64,000 nucleotides of DNA from an uncultured virus (IMG/VR IMGVR_UViG_3300028886_001624) (IMGVR_UViG_3300028886_001624:1-64000); one strand, 5' to 3'; shown: positions 10,519 to 21,055, counted from the first letter of the stretch. Notes: generated by a model not told the origin, from the letters alone. Translations and numbers: made by a program.

Positions 10519-10769
10519 ATTTTATGGAAAGAGTTGAAGAAATTGTTACGATTAAGGAACTTAGAAAAGAAATTGATGAGAAAATTCAAAAGGTAAGGTC
10601 ATTGGAACCATGCAAGGAGGTTGATTTGGCAACCATTAAACTTCAAGAGGCCGTAATGTGGTTAGGTATGGATTTGAAGAGGTTGAATGAACCTAATCCG
10701 TATCCTAATTCAAAGGACCCTAATACCGGTGACAAAATCGACCCGACGGCAGATGGTTTAAAATTTTAA
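10515..10769 (+). CDS. Acb2/Tad1-like helical-hairpin protein (candidate anti-defence nucleotide sponge)
   Basis: 84 aa; KEVDLATIKLQEAVMWL resembles the SLAxTKLEEAxMW motif of this family. Confidence 0.5.
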   Translation: MNFMERVEEIVTIKELRKEIDEKIQKVRSLEPCKEVDLATIKLQEAVMWLGMDLKRLNEPNPYPNSKDPNTGDKIDPTADGLKF

Positions 10770-10848
10770 AGAAAAAAATTAAAAAGGCATCGTTTTTTGG
10801 TGCCTTTTTATATTTTTTCGATATTTATTATAAAAATTGTTATTTAGT

Positions 10849-11058
10849 ATGATTTCCAATAATAGAATTGACCAAATAATCACGGAGGAAATAAACAAGA
10901 CAGACGTTGAGTCCATTGTTTCTAGAAGATTATCCTCATCATATGATTCAAAGGACTTCCAAAAGGCAGTCAAGGATGTTGTTGCCGACGTGATTGAAGA
11001 ACTGTTTAGGACGCTATGGAACAGAAGCAGCATGTGGAAGGGGGGTATAAAAAGATGA
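10849..11058 (+). CDS. Hypothetical protein
   Basis: ORF after TATTTAT motif. Confidence 0.65.
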   Translation: MISNNRIDQIITEEINKTDVESIVSRRLSSSYDSKDFQKAVKDVVADVIEELFRTLWNRSSMWKGGIKR

Positions 11059-11432
11059 AAATAGTCCATTTAAATGAGGCTAGGTTTGAATCATTGTTTA
11101 ATATAATTGAAGAAAATGCCGACAATTATATTCCATTTCAGACATTCTATGAGGATGCGATAGAATATATCAAGGGACTGCTTAATAAACCGTTTGATAC
11201 CAAGATTAGCGCAGCCATGTCATCAATGGGCGTAAGTGACGGTGAATTTAGGAATAAACTCTTGGATAATGGAATAATGACAAAGAAGAGTGATATACGC
11301 GAGCCATATGACGAGGAAAGCGGCAAGCCTACATCTAGATACTATGAGTCATATAAACTCAAAACAGACAACCTAAAGTCTAAACTTAGGGAAATATATA
11401 ACGAGTTAACTAATCAAGAAACTGAAGAATAA
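11055..11432 (+). CDS. Hypothetical protein
   Basis: ATGA overlap with previous gene. Confidence 0.65.
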   Translation: MKIVHLNEARFESLFNIIEENADNYIPFQTFYEDAIEYIKGLLNKPFDTKISAAMSSMGVSDGEFRNKLLDNGIMTKKSDIREPYDEESGKPTSRYYESYKLKTDNLKSKLREIYNELTNQETEE

Positions 11433-11454
11433 TATAAATAAAATACATAAGACA

Positions 11455-12024
11455 ATGAATAAGCAGCAGATAAGATTAACTGAGGAAGATTTGCATTTCC
11501 TCATTGAGAGTGCCGTTGAGAATTATCTAACGGAAAACGGAGAGACAGAGTTATTTGATGGATTTCGTGCCGGTATGAGAGGTATCGGCCAAAAACTTGG
11601 CCGTGACACTAGCGCCGTTTCAAGTAGGGCCATGGCTAACGTGAACGGTAAAATGAATAGGTTCGGCAATTATTTAAACAATAAGGTAACCGGTGCTAGA
11701 AATTATATGAACGATAAGGTAAGCGGTGCCAAGACATATATGAACAATAAGGGTCAGCAGATGAGGCAATACGGCCAAGACGTAAGGGACACCTATCAAA
11801 GGACGGCAATGGCCCAACAAGTTAAGGGTTATGTTGACCAATGTGTTAATGCACTGTCTAAATTATATAACGCCAATATGAACATGAAGAAATACAGCAT
11901 CAATGGCGTGTTACCAAAGGGTGTTGATGCAAAGATTGACGAACTTATAAATGTATTACAGTCTAGGAACGCTGTTACGGGTGTGTACGGCAAGGCTAGT
12001 GCAATACAGAATGCTAGAGGCTAA
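11455..12024 (+). CDS. Protein with IRLTE(S/E)DL N-terminal leader; internal 11-aa repeats
   Basis: MNKQQIRLTEEDLHFLIESAV; Y(L/M)N(N/D)K repeats. Confidence 0.7.
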   Translation: MNKQQIRLTEEDLHFLIESAVENYLTENGETELFDGFRAGMRGIGQKLGRDTSAVSSRAMANVNGKMNRFGNYLNNKVTGARNYMNDKVSGAKTYMNNKGQQMRQYGQDVRDTYQRTAMAQQVKGYVDQCVNALSKLYNANMNMKKYSINGVLPKGVDAKIDELINVLQSRNAVTGVYGKASAIQNARG

Positions 12025-12032
12025 TGGTTTTT

Positions 12033-12458
12033 CTAACCGAAAAGCATTTCAAGAAAAGTGTCGAATTTGGGTGCGTTGTCTAATTTCTTAAAGGATGACG
12101 CATCCACTTTTTTTGTTATATTCAAGCCATACTTTTCATTCATTTCATTCGCAATTCTCATGAATTCATTTCCGTGTTCCTTATTGTCCTTGATATTATT
12201 GAAGGCAATATAATAGTGAATCATTTCATGAACCATTAGGTTTATGAAGTCCTTTTCTTCAAAATCATAACAATCCGTGAATATTATTTCATTCACCAAG
12301 AATTTCTTTGGATTCTTCTTATCCTTTAGGTATTTATAAGTTGCTAGTGTGTGCAACTTGTTCATAAGTCCGAACTTTGGTGTCGGAAGTGAGTGGTTGA
12401 AATATTTGATGTTGCAATCACTGAACACTATCGGCATTGTATTGAAATCTGCTATCAT
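12033..12458 (-). CDS. SprT-like zinc metalloprotease domain protein
   Basis: YFNxxLP, HEMIH and HGxEF motifs. Confidence 0.8.
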   Translation of the reverse strand: MIADFNTMPIVFSDCNIKYFNHSLPTPKFGLMNKLHTLATYKYLKDKKNPKKFLVNEIIFTDCYDFEEKDFINLMVHEMIHYYIAFNNIKDNKEHGNEFMRIANEMNEKYGLNITKKVDASSFKKLDNAPKFDTFLEMLFG

Positions 12459-12801
12459 TTTTACGCATTTCTTCGTAATAATTAAACCATTTATCGTTTA
12501 GATTAAACCAAAAAGAACATTCTTTCGTACTCCAAATAAATGTAGGTATAAAAATCATATTTCCATTATTCCGGTCGAAATAATCGTAAATAAATTCTCC
12601 TAGTGAGATACGACGGCTACTAACCCAAGACCAACTTTTCTTATAGTATAAGTCTTTATATTTATGGTATGCATTATTTTCTTTGAGAAAGTCAATGAAT
12701 AGTTTCATAGAGTTTTCAATGTATTCATTTTTTGTCATCGCAAATTGAAATTTCATATTTTTTGGCAAAAGTATATAAAAATTTTGATATGCCAAAAACA
12801 A
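12418..12801 (-). CDS. Hypothetical protein
   Basis: ORF co-oriented with SprT gene; true start probably internal. Confidence 0.55.
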   Translation of the reverse strand: MFLAYQNFYILLPKNMKFQFAMTKNEYIENSMKLFIDFLKENNAYHKYKDLYYKKSWSWVSSRRISLGEFIYDYFDRNNGNMIFIPTFIWSTKECSFWFNLNDKWFNYYEEMRKNDSRFQYNADSVQ

Positions 12802-12844
12802 AAATGCACTATTTCAATATTTATAGGAAAATTTAACTTTTATT

Positions 12845-13135
12845 ATGAAAAGAATTATAAGACTTACGGAGAGTGATTTGCACAATATTATTAATAATGC
12901 TGTCATGCAAATATTAAAGGAAGAGGGTCCTCTTGGTGGTGCTCTTGGTGGTGCAAATTTAATGGTTGGCACTTCTGATGCGAGCGGTGATATTAAATGC
13001 CCTTTTGGTCCCGTAATAACCAAAGGAAACAATTTGGGTAAGAAAACAAGAAAAAAGGTTAAAGGTGTGGATATGGGTCCGGCACTTGAGAGAGGTGGTT
13101 CTATTTCTGTCAACCATGTCGGAAGCGATAAGTAG
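12845..13135 (+). CDS. Protein with IRLTESDL leader
   Basis: MKRIIRLTESDLHNIINNAV. Confidence 0.7.
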   Translation: MKRIIRLTESDLHNIINNAVMQILKEEGPLGGALGGANLMVGTSDASGDIKCPFGPVITKGNNLGKKTRKKVKGVDMGPALERGGSISVNHVGSDK

Positions 13136-13159
13136 ATAAAGGTGTTCAAATTTTGACAT

Positions 13160-13306
13160 ATGATAGACTATGAAGCAAATGCGGAAACCATCAAGAGAGT
13201 TGAAGAAATAAATGATAAACTTGAGCAAGAGAATGATGGTAAAAAAAGGACAAAGTTAATGTTTGAGCAATTATTAAGGGGTCTATACCTTAATAATTGG
13301 CAATAA
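13160..13306 (+). CDS. Small hypothetical protein (48 aa, not in ORF track)
   Basis: MIDYEANAETIKRVEE...NNWQ fills an intergenic gap. Confidence 0.5.
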   Translation: MIDYEANAETIKRVEEINDKLEQENDGKKRTKLMFEQLLRGLYLNNWQ

Positions 13307-13354
13307 CATAGAAGTTGACCCACAATAATTTATTAGAAAAAGTATGTATAGAAT

Positions 13355-13867
13355 ATGAATAAAAAACTTATAAGATTAACAGAAAGTGACCTTCATAGTA
13401 TCGTTAGAAAAGCGGTAAACAAAATCATTAGAGAATCACGAGGATATGTTCCTCATGATGGAAACGGAATGGTTGGAGGTTCTTGGGGTAGTAGAACATT
13501 ATCTGCCACATATTATTTATACAAATATATAGATGATGCTTTATATTATGCCGGTGCATTTGAAAATGAAGAAGAAGGCAACAAAATTGATGAATTTATT
13601 AAACGTTGTGATTCAAAAGGCATTTTCAATGTAAAAGTAGATGTTGTAGAATCGTATGACAATTCAGTTGGAATTGATTATGATGCAGAAATAGAAAATA
13701 TTGATTATGATGCAATTGATAGGGCTGAAGAGGTACTAAAAAATTTACCAACAAAAAATCTAAAATTCAAGAATGCGGCTTTGAATGGCCTTAAAACAGG
13801 AGTTGATAGACTTGAATCAGATGAATCAGTTATCGAAGATTTAGATATTGATTATGACGAATACTAG
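13355..13867 (+). CDS. Protein with IRLTESDL leader
   Basis: MNKKLIRLTESDLHSIVRKAV. Confidence 0.7.
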   Translation: MNKKLIRLTESDLHSIVRKAVNKIIRESRGYVPHDGNGMVGGSWGSRTLSATYYLYKYIDDALYYAGAFENEEEGNKIDEFIKRCDSKGIFNVKVDVVESYDNSVGIDYDAEIENIDYDAIDRAEEVLKNLPTKNLKFKNAALNGLKTGVDRLESDESVIEDLDIDYDEY

Positions 13868-14073
13868 TATTAGTAAAACATTTTGGGTCAACTTCTATGT
13901 TATTGCCTAATAATTTCCCTTTAACTTAACTATTTTTGTTGTTTTTCACAAAAAATTGAAAGTATTCTACTATTTATTATTAAAAATAACATAATAATTT
14001 TTCAACACTGTGAAAGGTGGGAAGTTCGTGTTCCCATAACAGTATTGGACTTAAAAGAAAAGATTATTAAACA

Positions 14074-14892
14074 ATGGAAGTAATTAAGATTAATGTCGGT
14101 GAACTCAGAAAGGTTATTTCTGAGGCTTCTGAATTTAAACCGGTGATGTTTGGTCACGAGGAAAGTAAGAAGATTAACGATAAGTCATATGCTGATACAA
14201 CAAAGGAGACTAGCAAGTATGACGGAGGTCTTTCCAAGCCATCAAAGAAACTTGGTGGCGGTATTTCTGCAACCGATAACAGAGGTATGCACGATTTGGA
14301 ATTTGACAATATAAACAAGCCATATAAGGACAAAGTAAAATCCCAAATGAAGGGATATGTGTCCAAGGATGCGGAAGACAAGCACAAGAATGATGAGTTC
14401 GGAAATGCAACCTTTGACAATGAAGGAAATATCTACAAGGCCGCAAAGGAGCATGCAAAGGCAGTAAAGCAAGGTAAAGACACTGCCGCAGAAATGGGGT
14501 TAACCGGCCGTGAACTTAATAAAAATGACATTGAAAAAAATACAGAGACAATGGAAGAATCCAAGAAGATAAAAATGTTGTCCTTCAAGAATACCAAATT
14601 TATTTCTGAGGGTCACATGATTTCGATGATACCGGATGAATACAAGACAGAAGGTCGCAAGTTCATAATGAAAGACAGCGCTAGCAACGAGTACCTTGTG
14701 GAATGGACCGACAAGGAACCAAATGTTAAGAAGAAAATCAATATGAACTTGGTGAATGAGGAGAAGAATAGGATAAAGGAACTTTGGGGATACAAGAGTC
14801 CGGAGGCAAACACATCAACTTCTAAATTCAGACTTAAGGAGGACAAGGATTTTGTCAATATGATTAATAAGGCAAGAAAACTTATGGACTAA
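14074..14892 (+). CDS. Hypothetical, possibly head-associated protein
   Basis: 272-aa ORF with divergent leader (IKINVGELRKVISE). Confidence 0.6.
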   Translation: MEVIKINVGELRKVISEASEFKPVMFGHEESKKINDKSYADTTKETSKYDGGLSKPSKKLGGGISATDNRGMHDLEFDNINKPYKDKVKSQMKGYVSKDAEDKHKNDEFGNATFDNEGNIYKAAKEHAKAVKQGKDTAAEMGLTGRELNKNDIEKNTETMEESKKIKMLSFKNTKFISEGHMISMIPDEYKTEGRKFIMKDSASNEYLVEWTDKEPNVKKKINMNLVNEEKNRIKELWGYKSPEANTSTSKFRLKEDKDFVNMINKARKLMD

Positions 14893-14917
14893 TTTTGCGG
14901 GGGTAAGAGAAAAAGAA

Positions 14918-15691
14918 ATGGAAAAGAATGACATAAACATTAATATCAATTCTACTGAAAAAAAAGAACCCATTTATACCCACACACTAAAGTTGTTCAC
15001 AAAAACTATTGCTGAAGCAAAATGGTCAAAGATTTTAAAAGTTTATTTCGTTGCGTTTTTCTCTATTGCTACATTATTGGGTGCATATTATGCGTATAGG
15101 GTCGTAAGTGATGCAGAATTGTTGAGGATTGCTACTAATAGAATGTCTAGTAGCACGGAAGGAGAGGATATTAGGGACTTTGTAGTCACACCAAAGATTC
15201 AGCATGAGTTGGAGATTTTGGTTTATACTTTGAACGCTGAGAGAGCGTTTATATTTGAATTACATAATGGAAAGAAAAACACTAGCGGTCTTCCGTTCCG
15301 GTTTGCCGACATGACATATGAGGTCGTTAACGATGAAAAGAAGGTAGACAAGGTTGCAATGCAATTCCAAGACATACCTCTTACATTGTATAAATATCCT
15401 CATTATCTTCAGAAACAGAAGACAATGATTGGTACCGTAGAGGAAATTGAAAACGTGGACGAAGACTATGCCGGTCATATAAAGGACATTGGCGGGAAAT
15501 ATCTAGGAATGACCTATATGAGCAGTGACGGGACCCCGATAGGGTTCTTGTGTGTGTCATATCATGACTTAAATGGTGTTCCGTCAAAGGACCTAATCAA
15601 TCAGAAGTTAAGCGAATATAGCAAGATGCTTACATCGTTGTTAGATTTGCGGACACATGCAGAAAAAAAACTCCTTAAACAAAATGATTAA
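14918..15691 (+). CDS. Single-TM membrane protein with GAF-like C-terminal domain; possible holin
   Basis: TM segment VYFVAFFSIATLLGAYYAY; FIFELHNG motif; next to other membrane genes. Confidence 0.4.
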   Translation: MEKNDINININSTEKKEPIYTHTLKLFTKTIAEAKWSKILKVYFVAFFSIATLLGAYYAYRVVSDAELLRIATNRMSSSTEGEDIRDFVVTPKIQHELEILVYTLNAERAFIFELHNGKKNTSGLPFRFADMTYEVVNDEKKVDKVAMQFQDIPLTLYKYPHYLQKQKTMIGTVEEIENVDEDYAGHIKDIGGKYLGMTYMSSDGTPIGFLCVSYHDLNGVPSKDLINQKLSEYSKMLTSLLDLRTHAEKKLLKQND

Positions 15692-16352
15692 AGAAAAATG
15701 TTTCCATTATGTGTTGGTATTGTTCCTAATCACCACCGCGTTGTTGGCATTCACCCACTATCAAGTCAATAAGTCAAGGAAGTTAATTGATGAAATTGAA
15801 TTCGTGGACAGTCTGAATCACTACAACAAAATCTACTATGAGAATTCATTCAAGAAACTCAAGAAGGAAAATGAACAACTGTATGACTCCTTGAAAGTGT
15901 ATAAGGATAAGATTTCATATCTTATTGAATTTACACACAAGAAGACATATAAGGTCGATACGGTGTTCATAAACAAGGAGTACCGTGATACTATATTCAC
16001 TGACAAGCCACTAGTGTCCAATACATTTGAATACAAGGGCGAACCCAATGATACTTTTCAATATAAACTTCTGATTAATTCACACACGGAGCCTAATTGG
16101 TATTCATTGGAGACATCGGTCAAGAATAAATTCACCATAGTGAACAAGGAAGACGGAAACGGTATGAACCAAATCACCATAGGTTCCGGAAACGGAGGTG
16201 ACATAAGCGACGTGACCGTATTCAAGAAGAAACGCTCGAATTGGAACAGAATTTCAGTCGGTCCTGCCGTAACAGCGGGGTATGACCCACTAAACAACAA
16301 GTTCGGTGTCATGGTCGGCGTAGCGGCCTCATACAATTTATTGAAAAATTAA
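15684..16352 (+). CDS. Membrane-anchored protein, possible spanin-like lysis protein
   Basis: N-terminal TM, coiled coil, C-terminal amphipathic beta strands. Confidence 0.4.
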   Translation: MIKEKCFHYVLVLFLITTALLAFTHYQVNKSRKLIDEIEFVDSLNHYNKIYYENSFKKLKKENEQLYDSLKVYKDKISYLIEFTHKKTYKVDTVFINKEYRDTIFTDKPLVSNTFEYKGEPNDTFQYKLLINSHTEPNWYSLETSVKNKFTIVNKEDGNGMNQITIGSGNGGDISDVTVFKKKRSNWNRISVGPAVTAGYDPLNNKFGVMVGVAASYNLLKN

Positions 16353-16414
16353 GTGAAAAAAAGTTTGACAACTATTTAATTTTGTCAAACTTTTATTATT
16401 TTTTATAAAAACAA

Positions 16415-16615
16415 ATGGTTATGATTTCAACAATATTATTGCAAATAAAAGTTTTTTTATTTATAATGGCAATGTTTGCCGTTGCAGCGGGCATTCTGCA
16501 TGCCGTTATCGTATTTGCCCTTAAGGAAGGCAAATTATTCGCGTCAGAAAGAGGAACTATTATATTCTTGGCTTCTCTTGCATACATAATAACAATGTTA
16601 GTCTGTGGGTTTTAA
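16415..16615 (+). CDS. Small two-TM membrane protein
   Basis: Two hydrophobic stretches. Confidence 0.6.
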   Translation: MVMISTILLQIKVFLFIMAMFAVAAGILHAVIVFALKEGKLFASERGTIIFLASLAYIITMLVCGF

Positions 16616-17094
16616 TGGGTATGGTATCTTTGGAAAGTAGAATGAATGACATGAAACCTTACTTCAGAGGCATTGAAATGTATAATGATGCCATTATGGT
16701 AAAGGTTTCCTTCCCAAATAATTGGAAAGTATATCCTAGTGATGATGAGAGGATTAAGACAACAAAGTCGGATGACGGTTTGCTGACATATTATTATGCG
16801 GACTCCAACAACACGTCATATGATGAAATGTTTGACTTAATAGAAGGAACAATCAAGTCAAACCAAGACATTATATTGAAACTTAAGTTGCTAAAGGATA
16901 AGGTTGAGGAACTTAAGGAGTTGTTCTCAAACAGCACCTATGAGGAACTTCTTGGGCTAGAGTTTGTGTTGAATAAGCAGCAGAAGCCAAAAAAGACCAA
17001 GAAAGCCACCAATAGAAAGAAGAATAAGAATTCTGAGGATGAGAAGGCTGCGGAAGAAGCGGTTAATAATAACTCTGAGGAAAAGGTAGATTAA
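16615..17094 (+). CDS. Hypothetical protein
   Basis: ORF in operon. Confidence 0.7.
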   Translation: MGMVSLESRMNDMKPYFRGIEMYNDAIMVKVSFPNNWKVYPSDDERIKTTKSDDGLLTYYYADSNNTSYDEMFDLIEGTIKSNQDIILKLKLLKDKVEELKELFSNSTYEELLGLEFVLNKQQKPKKTKKATNRKKNKNSEDEKAAEEAVNNNSEEKVD

Positions 17095-17096
17095 AA

Positions 17097-17453
17097 ATGG
17101 CGTTACAGATTTTCATATATATATGTTTTGCCTATGGACTAAGCAACTTGCTTGTCTATGGCATGGGTCCGTATGACTTTTTGGATTGGATTAGGAAGAT
17201 GGCGAAGAAGTTATTCGGAAGGTGGGGTGAAATGTTAGACTGTATGATGTGCACGTCTGCCAATATAGGAATGGTTGCATCTTTATTGAATTATTTCTTT
17301 GTTAACATACCGCTGACACCAATGATGATTCTATACAGTAATACGCTTCCATGGTATGTTATAGCATTCTGTGACTTGTGTATTACAAGTGGTATCGTTT
17401 GGTTAATAAATACCTTGCAAGAGGCGTTGGAGAGACTAGGAAACAATGGATAA
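17097..17453 (+). CDS. Membrane protein with CxxC (DUF1360-like)
   Basis: TM segments; EMLDCMMCTS. Confidence 0.5.
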   Translation: MALQIFIYICFAYGLSNLLVYGMGPYDFLDWIRKMAKKLFGRWGEMLDCMMCTSANIGMVASLLNYFFVNIPLTPMMILYSNTLPWYVIAFCDLCITSGIVWLINTLQEALERLGNNG

Positions 17454-17673
17454 GGCACTTAATAGAGAAATACAGACTCTTCATAGTGAAAAACGGATGG
17501 ACGAGTTGGCACTGAAGGGTCAGCAATTCCAAATATCGCAGATGCTGAACGGTTCGATGGGAAAGGACATGCTAGAAGTGCTTAACGGTGAAAAGACCGT
17601 TGAACTGAGCACCGGCGGAAAAATAAGGAACTTTTTAAGGAGGATGTTATGGAATTTAGGTTTGGTACGATAA
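17446..17673 (+). CDS. Hypothetical protein
   Basis: Overlapping operon ORF. Confidence 0.6.
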   Translation: MDKALNREIQTLHSEKRMDELALKGQQFQISQMLNGSMGKDMLEVLNGEKTVELSTGGKIRNFLRRMLWNLGLVR

Positions 17674-17903
17674 GTATTGTTGAATTGGGCAATAGTATTT
17701 CAAATAAGTTAAAGGAAGACGGAATAACAAACAAATCTGAACTGATAGTCTACTTGTCCGACAATGAATTCAGAAAGGTTGACGAGGACTTGTATTACAG
17801 AAACAGAAAGGATGATTCAGACGAATTTGTTCCGTCCGACAATGAAATCATAGTCAATTTTGAAATGGTCAAGATTATTGTCAAAAAAGAAGAGCGAGAA
17901 TGA
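17649..17903 (+). CDS. Hypothetical protein
   Basis: Overlapping operon ORF. Confidence 0.6.
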   Translation: MEFRFGTISIVELGNSISNKLKEDGITNKSELIVYLSDNEFRKVDEDLYYRNRKDDSDEFVPSDNEIIVNFEMVKIIVKKEERE

Positions 17904-17917
17904 CTCTCGCTCTTTTT
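17890..17917. terminator. Hairpin terminator between convergent genes
   Basis: AGAGCGAGA / TCTCGCTCT flanked by A and T runs. Confidence 0.7.
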
Positions 17918-17920
17918 ATA

Positions 17921-20230
17921 TTATGTAGTCTTTGTCCAATTGTATTTACCTAGGTAATAGTTTCCTAGTCCCATCCAAACATCATATCCACTGTTACCGC
18001 TTGGTACTGTCAGTGTACCGCCGGTCTTAACATTTTGGAACGTGGTGCTTGTTATTGTGGGTGCAACGACTGCCCTTGAGTTAATGCTAGCCAATTTTGA
18101 GCAATAATTGAATGCACCGGCACCGATGCTTGTAACACTTGAGCCAATTGTAACGGAGGTCAGATTACTATTATAGTAGAAAGCATTGGTTCCGATATAT
18201 GTAACGCTGTCCGGGATTGTAACGCTGCTCAACTTAGAGCATGACGCAAATGCTAAATCATTTATACTTGTAACGGAGTTAGGGATTGTTATTGCACTTA
18301 TTTGTTGGCTAGAATATGAATTTTCCCCTATTATTTGTATCGTGGACGGCAGTACAGTGTTCACAGAGCACCGCATTGTCTTATTCGTACTAGTCTCAAC
18401 AATTGCGTTACAGTTATTCCTTGAGTCATATACAGTATTTGCAGCATCAACCGTTATACTTGTAAACCCACTACAATTTCTGAACGAATCCGTTTCTATT
18501 AAAGTTACTGTCCTAGGAATATTTATCGATGTCAATTTGCCGCACAATTCGAATGCCCTCTTTCCAATTGAAACCAAACTATTCGACATGTTTATAGTTT
18601 GAAGTTTTGAACAATTCGAGAAACTAGTTTCTTCAATATATTTAACCGTATCCGGTATTGTACACGAAGTTAAGTTTGTACATCCGCTGAAGGTTGATTT
18701 TTTAATTGTATCAATTTCCGCATAGACTTTAACATTTGTTAATCCGGAACAGTTGGCGAAAGCACTAGTACCAATTGACTGTACACTGTTTGGTATTGTA
18801 ACTGAAGTTAAACCCGAACAGTTCCAAAAACAATTATTACCTATGGATAGCACACTTGACGGTATTACTACTGATGTTAGTTTACTGCAATATTCAAATG
18901 CTCTGTCACCAATACTCTTTACTGAGTTACCGATTGTCACACTAGTTATATTCCTTGTGGTAGAGAACATACTCCCGGAAATGCCGGACAGACTATTTCC
19001 AAGCACAACACTAGTAAGTCCGGTACAATTATAGAAGATGCCACTTTCAATTGTTGTAACACTATCCGGTATTATCATGCTCGTTAAAGAAGTGCAGTTA
19101 GTGAAAACAGAACTAGCCATTCTTGTGACGCTATTTGGGATAGTTACACTAGTTAAACTAGAACAACCCATAAAAGCACCGGTATTAATCACGGCAACTT
19201 TATTTCCAATGGTTAGAGACGTTAGGCTAGTACATCCGCTTAAAGCACCTTGACCAATATTAGTAACGTTGTTTGGTATTATTATCTTTGTTAAACTAGT
19301 ACAATTGCTTAAAGCATTCATACCAATGTCGGTTACAGTATTCGGGATTGTTATTCCGGCCAAATTAGAACATTGGCAATATGTATTCGATAGTATAGCC
19401 GTAACACCACTTGGTATGTTTGTGCTTGAAAGCGACGTACATCCACTGAATGCATTATATCCAATATATTTAACCGTACTAGGTATTGTTGCGCTTGTAA
19501 GACTAGTACATCCGGCAAATACCCCACCACCCAACGATACCGTACCTTCTTTAAACGATATTGATGAGATTGACTTATCAACACACTCGAACGCTATATT
19601 ATTTATATATATGACGTTATTGAACCTATGTGTCGTATCAGCAGAATAAGTTGTCCACCAAGGTACATTGTAAAACGAACCCGGGTTGATGACAGTAACA
19701 GTGTCCGGAATCGTTACGTTGGTTAAACTTGTACAATTTACAAATGCACTTTCGCCTATGGCCTCCAAACCAACCGGAAGCGTCACGCTAGACAAACTAG
19801 TGCATCCGCTGAAACAGCATGGGTCAAGCGTGTTTATTTTACCCTTGAATTCAATTTCCCTTAATTTCGTACAACCACCGAAAACAGAATACGGTATTTT
19901 TTCTAGATTACAGTATAGGACAAGTTTTTCTAAGTTTGTATAAGTCTCAAACTGCATACTTAAAAAACTAGTACACAATGTACCAACCTCCATTTTCACG
20001 ATTGTACTCTTGTATTGTAGTATCTCCGAACGTATTTTGGTTGTCATATTGCCCATTCCCTCAATTTCAACGATTGAATCGTCTGAAAGAGTCAGTCTAA
20101 CGAAGAATGCCGGTGTGTAATGGAAATCCGTCAGTTCATCACACACATAAAGACCAACTTCGTTGTACTCGTCACTGTTCAAGAAGTTTTCATATTCTGT
20201 CTTGGTTGCAAATCTTTTAATGTATTTCAT
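17921..20230 (-). CDS. BspA-type (LRR_5) leucine-rich repeat protein with leader fused in frame
   Basis: 23-aa repeats LTSxTIPxSVTxIGxxAFxxC; N-terminus MKYIKRFAT..FHYTPAFFVRLTL homologous to the poly-C leaders. Confidence 0.9.
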   Translation of the reverse strand: MKYIKRFATKTEYENFLNSDEYNEVGLYVCDELTDFHYTPAFFVRLTLSDDSIVEIEGMGNMTTKIRSEILQYKSTIVKMEVGTLCTSFLSMQFETYTNLEKLVLYCNLEKIPYSVFGGCTKLREIEFKGKINTLDPCCFSGCTSLSSVTLPVGLEAIGESAFVNCTSLTNVTIPDTVTVINPGSFYNVPWWTTYSADTTHRFNNVIYINNIAFECVDKSISSISFKEGTVSLGGGVFAGCTSLTSATIPSTVKYIGYNAFSGCTSLSSTNIPSGVTAILSNTYCQCSNLAGITIPNTVTDIGMNALSNCTSLTKIIIPNNVTNIGQGALSGCTSLTSLTIGNKVAVINTGAFMGCSSLTSVTIPNSVTRMASSVFTNCTSLTSMIIPDSVTTIESGIFYNCTGLTSVVLGNSLSGISGSMFSTTRNITSVTIGNSVKSIGDRAFEYCSKLTSVVIPSSVLSIGNNCFWNCSGLTSVTIPNSVQSIGTSAFANCSGLTNVKVYAEIDTIKKSTFSGCTNLTSCTIPDTVKYIEETSFSNCSKLQTINMSNSLVSIGKRAFELCGKLTSINIPRTVTLIETDSFRNCSGFTSITVDAANTVYDSRNNCNAIVETSTNKTMRCSVNTVLPSTIQIIGENSYSSQQISAITIPNSVTSINDLAFASCSKLSSVTIPDSVTYIGTNAFYYNSNLTSVTIGSSVTSIGAGAFNYCSKLASINSRAVVAPTITSTTFQNVKTGGTLTVPSGNSGYDVWMGLGNYYLGKYNWTKTT

Positions 20231-20248
20231 AGTTTTTTTTAATTTTTT

Positions 20249-20941
20249 TTACGGTCTAGTGTTGTCTCTTTTTATTTTTGAGAGCGTCCAATTTGTTAAT
20301 TTCTGTATTTTCTCCACAGTCTGATTTCTCGTGTTAATGTTCTCAAAGGCATCACCCAAGAAAGCGACATATTTCATTTTCTTCTCCACGCACCTTTTCT
20401 CACATAGGTTATAGAACCTCCTAGCGTCATCTTTATTCTTGCATATTACCATATTCAGTTCTCCGTTGCAATCTATCAGAATCTTGTTCTTATATAACTG
20501 TACGGTCTTGAACATATATTTGTTCTTATGGTCTTTTGCAATCATATTGTCAAATACCCAATCAAAGGTTTTCCTTTGGAGTTTCGGGTGATACCCGTAA
20601 ACCCAAAATGTTTCCTCGACGTTGAAACTTGCCCTATCCACTATAATCCAATCATCGTCTGATGATTCATAGTTTACAAACCTTCCGTATTCATCCCTAA
20701 TCTTGTTTATGGAACTGTCACCGTCTTGTTTGCATTTTATTATCACAATCTCATATTCTGCCTTTATCATATGATGATAGTGATTATTATACTCCATAGG
20801 GAACGATACCTTATTGCTTTCCTTTATTAACTCTCTGAACTTCTTATATATGCCTTTTTCAGTCCTTTCACTGCACAGCGTCTTTAATTGTTTCCCATGA
20901 TTAATGAGAACAATCACGTATATCTTGACCTTATTTTTCAT
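20249..20941 (-). CDS. Hypothetical phage protein
   Basis: ORF; start reassigned to MKNKVKIY to avoid overlap with the divergent gene. Confidence 0.65.
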   Translation of the reverse strand: MKNKVKIYVIVLINHGKQLKTLCSERTEKGIYKKFRELIKESNKVSFPMEYNNHYHHMIKAEYEIVIIKCKQDGDSSINKIRDEYGRFVNYESSDDDWIIVDRASFNVEETFWVYGYHPKLQRKTFDWVFDNMIAKDHKNKYMFKTVQLYKNKILIDCNGELNMVICKNKDDARRFYNLCEKRCVEKKMKYVAFLGDAFENINTRNQTVEKIQKLTNWTLSKIKRDNTRP

Positions 20942-21055
20942 AACATTTGGAAATTTTGCAAAACATTCATCCAATAAATATCTCCAAAATCTTGTTTTTT
21001 TAACATTTTTTATATATCTTTGCACAAATAAGATTCTTAAAAAACAAATTAAACT

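Noticed and set aside
18186..19943. Antisense ORFs over LRR, dnaK, dnaJ and other genes
   Set aside because: Shadow frames of repetitive or codon-biased genes with no independent motifs.
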